Translations under genes and position numbers: made by a program | The notes under the pieces: generated by a model | The model's input: the letters and a program-made list of their open reading frames with translations, nothing else | Told to the model about the DNA's origin: nothing | Database searches by the model: none | IMG/VR virus record: IMGVR_UViG_3300036790_000219 | Location: 32,001 to 96,000 of that record | Direction: 5' to 3' (one strand) | From: a virus | DNA length: 64,000 nucleotides | Shown here: positions 26,460 to 34,592 of the stretch, in pieces | Layout: every line of letters begins with the position of its first letter | Position numbering within the stretch: the first letter of the stretch is position 1

Positions 26460-27764
26460 GTGCTCCTCGACGCCGACTTCAAGGAAGGGGAACACCCGCG
26501 CGGCCAGCCGAAGAACTCTGGACAGTTCGCGTCTAAGCCTGGCGGAAAAGGTTCGGAGAAAGGCAGCGGTGAAGGCGGTAAAGAAGCTCAGGCCGGTGAA
26601 CAGGGTGAGAAGAAGTCTGTTGGCAAGGTTGCCCCGCGTGAAAAACAGATAGAGGGTACGGTTGAACTCTCTGCATACTTGCGCAAGATCGCCAATATCA
26701 ACAGGATGCCGAAAGGAATGAAGTCTCAGTCTCAGTTTATTCTAGATAACGGCCAGAACTATGTCGCTAACGCCAAGACGTACGAGGGTCCTAGGGATCC
26801 AATGCATGAGTGTTATAAAAATGCAACCCTCGCTGCTCTAAGCAATAAGGACCGCACTTATGTTGAAGGCTATATGACTGTCCATGGTGTTCCAATTGAA
26901 CACGCTTGGACTGTAGATAAGACTGGCCAGGTTTACGATTCGACCGTTACCCCAGATTTGGGGATATCAGGTTATTTTGGCGTACCGTTCAAAACTGATT
27001 ACGTTCTGGCATCAGGATTGCTGAATAAGGTTTATGGCTTGCTTGGGCACAATAGTCGAAAGACGCTTGATCCCTTATTGAAAGGTCAAGTTAAGGACTT
27101 CCGGGGCGAGGTAGATCCGGATTCGCTCTCGCCTCAGGTGATTGCTGATCGGATAGCATACGCAGACGCCGTGGTGCGGTCTATTCCTCCTACGGATAAG
27201 ATTAATACTCCTGAGCGTAAGCAGATGCGCAAGGAGATTGCGGACAAGCTCTACAACAAGGATATTGACAAGCGCAAGCGTAATCGTGAAGCAACAATTG
27301 TCTTAGGCTTACCCGGTGCTGGTAAAAGCACATTCATGGACCCGTTGCTCAAGGATGGCTACTTGAATATGGGTGGTGATGAAGTCAAATATGAGATACC
27401 AGAATTTGCTGGCGGCGCGGGCGCTTTTGCCGTACACGAGGAAGGTTCTGGGATCATGCGGGATGTTCTGCAGCGTGCCGTTACAAATGGCGACAACCTG
27501 GCTTGGGAACGTGTGGATTCCCCGGATAAGATTGTAAGTGACCTCGAAAGTCTAAAGAAGGCTGGATATAAGGTCAACGTCAAGTTGGTGGATGCTTCGC
27601 CTGAAATCGCGATGAAGTCAGCGGTGAAACGTTTCTTGAAGACGGGGCGCTACGTCTCCCTTGAGAATATAAAAGGTTATGGGGGCGCACCGCGTGATGC
27701 GTACGAAGCGGCCAAGAAGACTGGCTTGCTAGAATCAAGTGAGGAGCTTAAACGTGGATCTTGA
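26460..27764 (+). CDS. Multidomain protein: HPR..GQF leader, papain/transglutaminase-like domain, zeta-toxin-like P-loop kinase
   Basis: LLDADFKEGEHPRG...SGQF; ECYKNA...PIEHAW...VYDST; GLPGAGKST with GDEVK and VKRFLKTGRYV. Confidence 0.78.
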   Translation: MLLDADFKEGEHPRGQPKNSGQFASKPGGKGSEKGSGEGGKEAQAGEQGEKKSVGKVAPREKQIEGTVELSAYLRKIANINRMPKGMKSQSQFILDNGQNYVANAKTYEGPRDPMHECYKNATLAALSNKDRTYVEGYMTVHGVPIEHAWTVDKTGQVYDSTVTPDLGISGYFGVPFKTDYVLASGLLNKVYGLLGHNSRKTLDPLLKGQVKDFRGEVDPDSLSPQVIADRIAYADAVVRSIPPTDKINTPERKQMRKEIADKLYNKDIDKRKRNREATIVLGLPGAGKSTFMDPLLKDGYLNMGGDEVKYEIPEFAGGAGAFAVHEEGSGIMRDVLQRAVTNGDNLAWERVDSPDKIVSDLESLKKAGYKVNVKLVDASPEIAMKSAVKRFLKTGRYVSLENIKGYGGAPRDAYEAAKKTGLLESSEELKRGS

Positions 27765-28659
27765 GGCAGTTCTAAAGGAACTCCAGGGCGATCCGAACGC
27801 GGCGGCGAACGCCAAGTTCTATGCTGAGCTTTTGGCTGGCAGCGAAGACGAGGACACGCGCTCTCTGCGCGACTTCGTGGATAAGCTAGCCAAGCAGAAC
27901 GGTGAGAGCGGAGAGGAGGAGGACAAAGGTAAGGAGGAAACGTCTACTGCTAAGGACCGCCGCACAATTACTCTCGACCGCGATGCCCGTGATATTGAGT
28001 ATTATACCACGGAAGAGCTTGGTCCCCAACGGGAACGGACTCCTGAAGGCTTCTTGATTTGTTACGACGTGCCGGTGGCACGTACTGGCGAGATGACTTA
28101 TGGTCCTGGTGAAACCCCCGTTCCTACTGGTCGGGATGGGCGGGTCAAGATCCACCGCCGTGAAGGTGAAGTCTTCGCTGCCAAGAGCATGCGTTCGCTG
28201 AACGGTAAGCCGGTGACGGACGATCATCCGCCTGTGGACGTGGACCCCAAGAACTGGCGGTTCTACACGCGGGGGATGGTTGTTAACCCCCGGCGCGGTG
28301 AGGGGGAACACAAGAGCTTTCTGGTTGCTGACCTAATCATTCTTGATCATGATTTAATTGAGGACATCGAATCGGGCAAGCGCGAGGTGTCCTGTGGTTA
28401 CAACCCAGACTACCTCCAGATGTTAGATGATCGTGGAGAGCCAGTCGCAGGTGAAGGTGAGCAGGTAAACATTATTTACAATCACCTGGCTCTGGTTGAT
28501 CGTGGACGGTGTGGGGCACGGTGCTCCATTGGCGATCGTAAAACAGTTGATGCTCTGGCACAAGAGTTTGTGCGGGCAACGGAATATCGTGCTATCCGTA
28601 AAAAGAAGCACAAAGCAAAAACTCGTCCTCGGGTGGTTATCTTTAACCACACACGCTAG
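27739..28659 (+). CDS. DUF2213 prohead protease
   Basis: TPEGFLICYDVPVARTG, SLNGKPVTDDHP, KREVSCGY, NHLALVDRGRCG. Confidence 0.88.
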   Translation: MRSLNVDLEAVLKELQGDPNAAANAKFYAELLAGSEDEDTRSLRDFVDKLAKQNGESGEEEDKGKEETSTAKDRRTITLDRDARDIEYYTTEELGPQRERTPEGFLICYDVPVARTGEMTYGPGETPVPTGRDGRVKIHRREGEVFAAKSMRSLNGKPVTDDHPPVDVDPKNWRFYTRGMVVNPRRGEGEHKSFLVADLIILDHDLIEDIESGKREVSCGYNPDYLQMLDDRGEPVAGEGEQVNIIYNHLALVDRGRCGARCSIGDRKTVDALAQEFVRATEYRAIRKKKHKAKTRPRVVIFNHTR

Positions 28660-28673
28660 TTTCTTTCAAAATT

Positions 28674-28734
28674 CATCTTGGCGCTGGTCGATCCTTGCGG
28701 TCGCTGTGGCCTGCGCTGTTCCATACGCGACCGT
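28674..28734 (+). pseudogene. Degenerate duplicate of the protease 3' end
   Basis: Encodes (H)LALVDPCGRCGLRCSIRDR versus HLALVDRGRCGARCSIGDR at 28483-28539. Confidence 0.7.
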
Positions 28735-28770
28735 AATTGTCGGAACCTCATGGGAAAGGAGAAAGACCCC

Positions 28771-29706
28771 ATGTCTACCAAATCTGTACTTCGTAGGCTT
28801 CAGAAGGCATTCTCGGCGAAGGATGAGCGCGCATTTGATGATGCGATGGAAGAGCTCGAAGAGAAGGAAGACGAAGCCCACGACGAAGAAGACCCGGACA
28901 CCGTCGAAATCCACAATCACATTCCTGGTGAGGATGGTCTCGGCGAAATGCCGCCAAAGGATCCAAAAATGCCCGGTGCACGTGACGACGAAATGCCGGA
29001 GTGGTTCAAGAAGCACCAGCAGGATTGTGTGGACCGCTTCAAGTCCCTCGACGAAGGCGTGGCTGGCCTGAAGAAGTGGGCTGAGGAAGAGGGTAAGGAA
29101 CCTCAACATCAGGACGACGAGGAAGATCCGAACCTCGAAATGGGAATGGAAGATCGTCGGAGCGATGATCGTCGGTCTGACGATCGCCGTCATGGTAAGG
29201 ATGCCAAGGATGACGAAGCCAACAAAGCCATTCTTGGCGAGTTGGAATTCGAATCTCCTCCTGGCACTGGTGATAAGGCGAGCAAGGCACGGGATAGTGA
29301 GTATTTGGAAGAGTCCTTCCAAGACACGATCTCGAAGGCCGAGATCCTTGCACCAGGTATACGCGTGCCAACTTTCGATCGTGCTGTTGACCCCCGTAAG
29401 TCATTCCGCACCATCCATGGTCTGCGTTGTACGGCACTGGATCTGGCCTACACCAAGCCGGAAACCCGTGGCGTTCTTGATGTGGCCCTTGGCGGGCGAG
29501 CACTCGATACCAAGGGTCTTGGTTACGGTGCGGCGCGCGTTCTGTTCAATTCCGCAGCTGCGGTAGTTGCCACAAACAACAACTCTCGTGCCACGGACCG
29601 CAGTACTACAACGACACCAACTGGCGGCACACAGAAGGGTCGGCTGAACTCGATTGCCGACATCAACCAGCGTAACGCAGAACGTTACGGCCGTAAGTCG
29701 GCCTAA
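28771..29706 (+). CDS. Capsid scaffold protein
   Basis: ATG after an aaggag RBS; highly acidic; resembles the C-terminal half of fused DUF2213 proteins; EIHNHIPG motif. Confidence 0.75.
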   Translation: MSTKSVLRRLQKAFSAKDERAFDDAMEELEEKEDEAHDEEDPDTVEIHNHIPGEDGLGEMPPKDPKMPGARDDEMPEWFKKHQQDCVDRFKSLDEGVAGLKKWAEEEGKEPQHQDDEEDPNLEMGMEDRRSDDRRSDDRRHGKDAKDDEANKAILGELEFESPPGTGDKASKARDSEYLEESFQDTISKAEILAPGIRVPTFDRAVDPRKSFRTIHGLRCTALDLAYTKPETRGVLDVALGGRALDTKGLGYGAARVLFNSAAAVVATNNNSRATDRSTTTTPTGGTQKGRLNSIADINQRNAERYGRKSA

Positions 29707-29732
29707 CGCTGCCAGGAAAGGAGAATCATTCC

Positions 29733-30311
29733 ATGAAAGATAACATCCTCGTTCCCGAGCGCAAATTCCGCGTTCTTGGACGGCACCGTACTTGTGATAC
29801 GTCGTACACGTTCCGTATGACGGCAGGTGCGGCAGGCGACATCTCTCGTGCCCACCCGGCGTCTATTCAGCCATGTTTGGGTGATCCTACGAACTTCCCG
29901 ACTGCATATGGTCAACCAGTTGTTGTTGATTCGGTCTCAGAAGGCGTGCGACCGATTGGTGCGGGGGACAGTGCTCTCACCCAGATTTGGGGTGTGACGT
30001 GTCGTCCATACCCAATTCAGCAGTCCACGACTTCCAACAACTACGGTGAGGTCAATTACGGATCGATTGCTCCGCCGTTGTTACAGCCCATCGACGTCAT
30101 GACGGTAGGATACATGATGGTGCCGGTGGTTGGTGCCCCAATAAAGGGCGGTTCCGTGTGGATTTGGTACGCGGCCTCAGGTGGTGGCCACACGCAAGGC
30201 GGTTTCGAAGCTGCCAACACGGGTGGCAGTACACTGGCGCTGAACGGTAACTATGCCTGGAATTCGCCACCCGATACCAACGGTATCGCCGAACTCAAGA
30301 TTGTCGTGTAA
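29733..30311 (+). CDS. Capsid decoration/cement protein
   Basis: YTFRMTAGAAGDISR; position between scaffold and major capsid gene. Confidence 0.7.
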   Translation: MKDNILVPERKFRVLGRHRTCDTSYTFRMTAGAAGDISRAHPASIQPCLGDPTNFPTAYGQPVVVDSVSEGVRPIGAGDSALTQIWGVTCRPYPIQQSTTSNNYGEVNYGSIAPPLLQPIDVMTVGYMMVPVVGAPIKGGSVWIWYAASGGGHTQGGFEAANTGGSTLALNGNYAWNSPPDTNGIAELKIVV

Positions 30312-30344
30312 TCGGCGGCGATCAGGAAAAGGACAAAGCAAACC

Positions 30345-31535
30345 ATGAAACACGAACGTGACTTCCGCTCGGCTAGCGCATTCACGCCGCCCGAGCAGGT
30401 CCTGAACCGCCGTCGTTCTCTTGGACGGTTCCGGACCGTTGACATGTTGACTTTCGACAAGGGTTACACCTTTGACGAAGGGGGTAACATGCGCGGTAAG
30501 TCTCTGGGTCAGGCGTTCAAGACCCACGACGGCCGTACGATTGACTCCACGGGAGCTTTCCTTGTGGGCGAACTTGAGCGTCTCGATCTGACACTCCACG
30601 AGCCATTGGCTGCGGTCAGTTGGGGTCGCGACATTCAACTTCGTGAAGACGTTACGACGGCGGACGAGGTCTCCTCGTTCACGGTCTCGACGTACTACTC
30701 ACCAGGTTCGCTTGGTACTGGTCAGGGTGTTGGCAACGCCAAGTCCTGGATCGGTAAAGACACCAACCAAGTGACTCGTGTGTCGGTTGACATCGCAAAG
30801 GTCACTCAACCTCTCATCCCGTGGGGCAAGGAACTTGCCTATACGGTTCTTGAGCTTGAGTCCGCTGCGAAGCTCGGCCGTCCGGTGGACGAGCAGAAGT
30901 ACCGTGCACTCCAACTCGCCCATCAGATGGAAGTGGACGAAATGGTGTACTATGGTGACACCCCTGGTGCCTTCTACGGTCTGGTCAATTCGAACAACCG
31001 TACGTTCATCGACCAGGTCACGAACGTTTCCAACGTCGCCAACGGTGCGCAAGGTTCGCCACTTTGGACGCAGAAGACGCCTGCTGAGATTCTTCAGGAC
31101 TTCAATGAGGAACTGACCTCGGCATGGGCGGCTACGGGTTGGGCTATCCTGCCTGATTCCATTCTGCTGCCACCAGCGGATTTTGGTTACATTTCAACCC
31201 AGACCGTGTCTACGGCTGGTAACGTATCCATTCTGAACTACGTGCTTGAAAACAATATCACGGCACGGCAGGGTGGCGCAACGCTGGACATCAAGCCGGT
31301 CAAGTGGTGTTTGGGAACTGGCATAGGTGGTACGGTAGGGGTTGGTGCTGCGGGCCATGATCGTATGGTGGTGTACACCAACGATAAGGAGCGCGTTCGC
31401 TACCCGATGACTATGTTAAGCAAGACGCCTCTCCAATATGACTCGATTTGGCATCGCTCAACTTATTATGGCCGTCTTGGCGTTTTGGAGATCGTCTACC
31501 CCGAATGTATATGTTATAGGGATGGAATCAGCTAG
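30345..31535 (+). CDS. Major capsid protein (DUF2184 family)
   Basis: GAFLVGELERLD...WGRDIQLRED...RMVVYTNDKERVRYPM...EIVYP. Confidence 0.88.
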   Translation: MKHERDFRSASAFTPPEQVLNRRRSLGRFRTVDMLTFDKGYTFDEGGNMRGKSLGQAFKTHDGRTIDSTGAFLVGELERLDLTLHEPLAAVSWGRDIQLREDVTTADEVSSFTVSTYYSPGSLGTGQGVGNAKSWIGKDTNQVTRVSVDIAKVTQPLIPWGKELAYTVLELESAAKLGRPVDEQKYRALQLAHQMEVDEMVYYGDTPGAFYGLVNSNNRTFIDQVTNVSNVANGAQGSPLWTQKTPAEILQDFNEELTSAWAATGWAILPDSILLPPADFGYISTQTVSTAGNVSILNYVLENNITARQGGATLDIKPVKWCLGTGIGGTVGVGAAGHDRMVVYTNDKERVRYPMTMLSKTPLQYDSIWHRSTYYGRLGVLEIVYPECICYRDGIS

Positions 31536-31555
31536 GAGACGGCTTATCCTAATCC

Positions 31556-31606
31556 TTGACCGTGTGCTTCTGTGAGGTTATACTCCGGTAAATTCTAACC
31601 GGAGTA
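31556..31606 (+). promoter_or_regulatory. Sigma70-type promoter plus RBS-sequestering hairpin for the downstream endonuclease
   Basis: TTGACC(31556-61)-N17-TATACT(31579-84); hairpin tactccggt/accggagta covers GGAG. Confidence 0.75.
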
Positions 31607-31610
31607 CTCT

Positions 31611-32612
31611 ATGCCTAAGCACACGATCTACGGCCTCTACGATCCGAGCGATCGGAAAAAGGAGGTTCGCTATGTTGGAGCAACTAAGTTCACGCCTGAG
31701 CAACGTTTAACTGATCACATCTCCGGTGCAGAAGCCGCAGACACTTATAAGAAGAAGTGGATCAGAAAACTGCTCAGGCAGAACTTGGTTCCTGCCATCC
31801 TAGTTCTTGAAGTCACAACGACGAGACACTGGAAGAAGCGGGAGAAGTATTGGATCGCCTACCTTCGTTCTAAAGGTAGCCGCCTAACGAACTCAACGGA
31901 AGGCGGGGAGGGCCTGGTCAACCCAACGAAAAATGTTCGGGCCAGGATTGCCAAGAAGGTTTCTGAGCTTCTTATTGGAAACCAACGCGCTACAGGAATG
32001 AGTCACACAAAAGAAGCCTGTCTGGCTATTTCGAAGGGATTACGGGAATCCAAGAAGTTTCAGCGGTCCCAGCGAAAATGGCGAGGGAAGGCGCGTTATA
32101 CTCCAACCGAGGAATCTAAGCTCAAAATCTCCTTGGCTAACTTGGGAAGACCCCGTCCGGATGTACGAGCTCTTGCTCTTCGCTTAAACAAACGCCGGAA
32201 AGGTTCGGTCTGGGTAACAGATGGAAAGAGCAATAAGCAGATTCTAAAGGGAACCCCAATTCCTAAGGGATTTGTTTGTGGTCGGCTTATGACTTGGCAA
32301 GAACCTGGTAAGGGGCCGACGAAAGGGCGACGGTACATAACTAATGGAGTTGAAAACCAGATGATCGAAATTTCGGCTCCAATCCCCGAGGGCTTTAAGT
32401 TTGGACAAACACGTCATAATCCGCGTCGGGATACAAAGGTAGGTTTAAGAAAATTGAGTGAAACAGTACGGCAACTTAAACTAGGTTTTCGTTTAATCAC
32501 TGATGGTGCGGTTCGCCGTCAGCTTCCAAGGGATCAGGTACTTCCAGCGGGTTGGGTGTTTGTTAAAAAGAACACTCTAAAGTCGCTTACAACCTCGGTC
32601 TCGTTAGATTGA
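31611..32612 (+). CDS. GIY-YIG homing endonuclease with repeated (W/Y/L)(I/V)T(N/D)G modules
   Basis: TIYGLYDP...VRYVGAT...R...REKYWI...LTNSTEGGEG. Confidence 0.88.
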   Translation: MPKHTIYGLYDPSDRKKEVRYVGATKFTPEQRLTDHISGAEAADTYKKKWIRKLLRQNLVPAILVLEVTTTRHWKKREKYWIAYLRSKGSRLTNSTEGGEGLVNPTKNVRARIAKKVSELLIGNQRATGMSHTKEACLAISKGLRESKKFQRSQRKWRGKARYTPTEESKLKISLANLGRPRPDVRALALRLNKRRKGSVWVTDGKSNKQILKGTPIPKGFVCGRLMTWQEPGKGPTKGRRYITNGVENQMIEISAPIPEGFKFGQTRHNPRRDTKVGLRKLSETVRQLKLGFRLITDGAVRRQLPRDQVLPAGWVFVKKNTLKSLTTSVSLD

Positions 32613-32650
32613 CAGAGTCATATCGTTAACCCCTAAAGGAGTAGAGTGAA

Positions 32651-33118
32651 ATGGCTGAACGTGTAATCCCAAAGACCGGCAGAGATATGTCGGGAGTTGC
32701 TCCGGCAAAACAGGAGCTCTTGAACCAGGACGACGACAAGGAACTTGAGTCGAAGGCTAAGAAGGTTGCCGACGACGAGGAAGACGAAGTTGACGAAGCC
32801 GAATCTCCGGAGTATTCCCGCGAGACTATTGGCCCACGCGTCGGTGAGGAGGTGGGTAAGGCCAACTCCGCGGAAGGCGCTGCCGCGCTCGAACAGAAGC
32901 TCGACACTGAAGATGTCGTTCCTCTGATTTTCTCAAGGGCGGTCAACCTTCAGGACAAGGGGTTGATGCATCATTGGGCACCTGGTATTCATATGGTCCC
33001 AATTTCCCTTGCCGGCACCGACAAGAAGACCATGCATTGGTGGTTGCGCCACAATGGTGTCCGCCGCGCGGGCAAACCGTTGCCCAATCCGAATGCTGAG
33101 GAAAAGGTGCAGGAGTAA
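32651..33118 (+). CDS. Acidic protein with C-terminal HWWLR domain
   Basis: Follows the capsid gene; paralogous to 1871..2014. Confidence 0.7.
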   Translation: MAERVIPKTGRDMSGVAPAKQELLNQDDDKELESKAKKVADDEEDEVDEAESPEYSRETIGPRVGEEVGKANSAEGAAALEQKLDTEDVVPLIFSRAVNLQDKGLMHHWAPGIHMVPISLAGTDKKTMHWWLRHNGVRRAGKPLPNPNAEEKVQE

Positions 33119-33121
33119 AGA

Positions 33122-33304
33122 ATGTCCGAGCGTACGCCAAGCTTCTTGATTCCGTGCGCGCTCGAAGTCGATGAGGACGGGGTCATTGTGAAAGTACTGC
33201 CCGACGTGGTCTGGCTTTCACAAACCCGTGTCCGTCTTGAAACTCACGGTGACACAACGGACTTCCGGCTAGAACCTAAAGGAAAGGAAATGTCCAATGG
33301 TTGA
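33122..33304 (+). CDS. Small hypothetical protein
   Basis: ORF with RBS; overlaps the next start. Confidence 0.5.
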   Translation: MSERTPSFLIPCALEVDEDGVIVKVLPDVVWLSQTRVRLETHGDTTDFRLEPKGKEMSNG

Positions 33305-33620
33305 TTCTAACGACGCTCCTGTATCCGAGGCCCAGCGCAAAGCAATGGGCGCAGCGATGGGTGGCCACTCTACCCTAGGGATCCCCAAGGCTGCAGGGAA
33401 AGAATTTATCGACAAGGACCCCGGTGGGAAGCTGCCGGAGAAGTCCAAGGATGCTACCTCACCGAAGCCGGGCTCGGGACCGATGTCACCAAATGGTCCG
33501 CAAGGAAGTGAGGAGGGTCTGCCAAAAACTACCCGTTCCTTCGGAGCAGGAGATGGGGTTGGGAAAGCGATGAGTCTCGATGAAATAAAAAGCCAGGCCA
33601 AAAGAATCGGCCGTTATTAA
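33297..33620 (+). CDS. Small head-associated-type protein
   Basis: DAPVSEAQRKAMGAAMGGHSTLGIPKAAGKEF motif, which I recall from N-termini of some DUF2213-family head proteins; ends SLDEIKSQAKRIGRY. Confidence 0.7.
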   Translation: MVDSNDAPVSEAQRKAMGAAMGGHSTLGIPKAAGKEFIDKDPGGKLPEKSKDATSPKPGSGPMSPNGPQGSEEGLPKTTRSFGAGDGVGKAMSLDEIKSQAKRIGRY

Positions 33621-33685
33621 ACCATACCGAACCGAACCGGACGCTACCCCAACAAACCACAACGTACCAAACCCCAACTTACCGC
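33621..33685 (-). ncRNA. Array B: 13 phased 5-nt GGY-NN units (candidate guide RNA)
   Basis: + strand accAT accGA accGA accGG acgCT accCC aacAA accAC aacGT accAA accCC aacTT accGC. Confidence 0.85.
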
Positions 33686-33714
33686 ACAAAAAGTAGGAAA
33701 TTTTCAAAACTAAA

Positions 33715-33784
33715 GCCACACCTCACCGCACCGCAACTAAACATTCCTGACCGTACCCGATCCGACCAGAACCCACCACACCTA
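33715..33784 (-). ncRNA. Array A: 14 phased 5-nt GGY-NN units (candidate guide RNA)
   Basis: + strand gccAC accTC accGC accGC aacTA aacAT tccTG accGT accCG atcCG accAG aacCC accAC accTA. Confidence 0.85.
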
Positions 33785-34414
33785 AGTTTTGAATTTAGTT
33801 GTCTGAAATCGTCCATATGTAGGGCGGAAGTCTCCTAGAGCACAGAAACGTCCAGCATTGGTTAGAGCGGAATTCAGGATATCCGGTGAGATATACTCGG
33901 GAAGAAGTACTTGGATATCAAAATCCAATTCCCAGCCAGTTTTGAGCGCTGGGCGGACGCGAGTAATAGCGTTTCGCTGAATGACAGCACGACAGCGGTG
34001 TTCGTAGTGCCAATTTTTGGTTCCAACACTTGCGAGATCAGTTAATACCACAATGCCAGCTTTGAAAAGATCCATGGCTGATTTACGGGGTGATCGTGGA
34101 TCTTGTAGGAACTTTGCTGCGTAGACGAGTGCCATACGTAGCTGCGTTCCTGGTACACAAAGAAAACCTGCGTCGTTTCGATAGACGTAGGACTCAAGGT
34201 CATCGGTCTTTTTTTTTTTTTTTTTTGCTTTCGAGCCTTTTGCGGCATTCGCACTTTCAGCGACCGATTCACAGTTATATCGATGATATAGGTAATCGGC
34301 AACGCCACTGATAGTAACAGAAGCGACGTAAGGTTCAATAAGTTTGTTGGCCGCACCGTTGGTAGGAACTCCCCCACCAATAGATATGACTTCTGCAGTT
34401 ACTCTTTTAGCCAT
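33782..34414 (-). CDS. Stand-alone Cas7/RAMP-like protein (Vipr-like)
   Basis: N-terminal strand VTISGVADYLYH, LCVPGTQLRMALVYAAK, C-terminal Gly loop AGRFCALGDFRPTYGRF; the only clear antisense gene in the late operon. Confidence 0.75.
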   Translation of the reverse strand: MAKRVTAEVISIGGGVPTNGAANKLIEPYVASVTISGVADYLYHRYNCESVAESANAAKGSKAKKKKKKTDDLESYVYRNDAGFLCVPGTQLRMALVYAAKFLQDPRSPRKSAMDLFKAGIVVLTDLASVGTKNWHYEHRCRAVIQRNAITRVRPALKTGWELDFDIQVLLPEYISPDILNSALTNAGRFCALGDFRPTYGRFQTTKFKT

Positions 34415-34575
34415 AGTAAGGTCTCCTTCGCGCCCAGCCAGTAAAGCCCGGAACGCGGTTCAGGGGTCACATTTCTGCGACACCAGACGCGAAGGAGGTT
34501 CGTGTAGGGTGCCGCGTTCTAAAGCCGGTTTACTGCCCAGCTACTAAGAACATACTGGGCATTGAATTTTATCAA
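34415..34575 (-). promoter_or_regulatory. Extended -10 promoter and structured 5' leader with anti-SD
   Basis: TGaTAAAAT on - at 34575-34567; leader helices, and 10-bp complementarity between 34497-34488 and the RBS region 34432-34423. Confidence 0.6.
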
Positions 34576-34592
34576 AATGGAGAAAGATCAAC

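Noticed and set aside
33486-33719. 77-aa minus-strand ORF across array B
   Set aside because: Low-complexity G/V/F by-product of the repeats with no convincing RBS
33621-33784. Classical CRISPR array or simple microsatellite
   Set aside because: No 25-45-nt repeats or spacers; two positions per pentamer vary freely, unlike slippage-derived repeats
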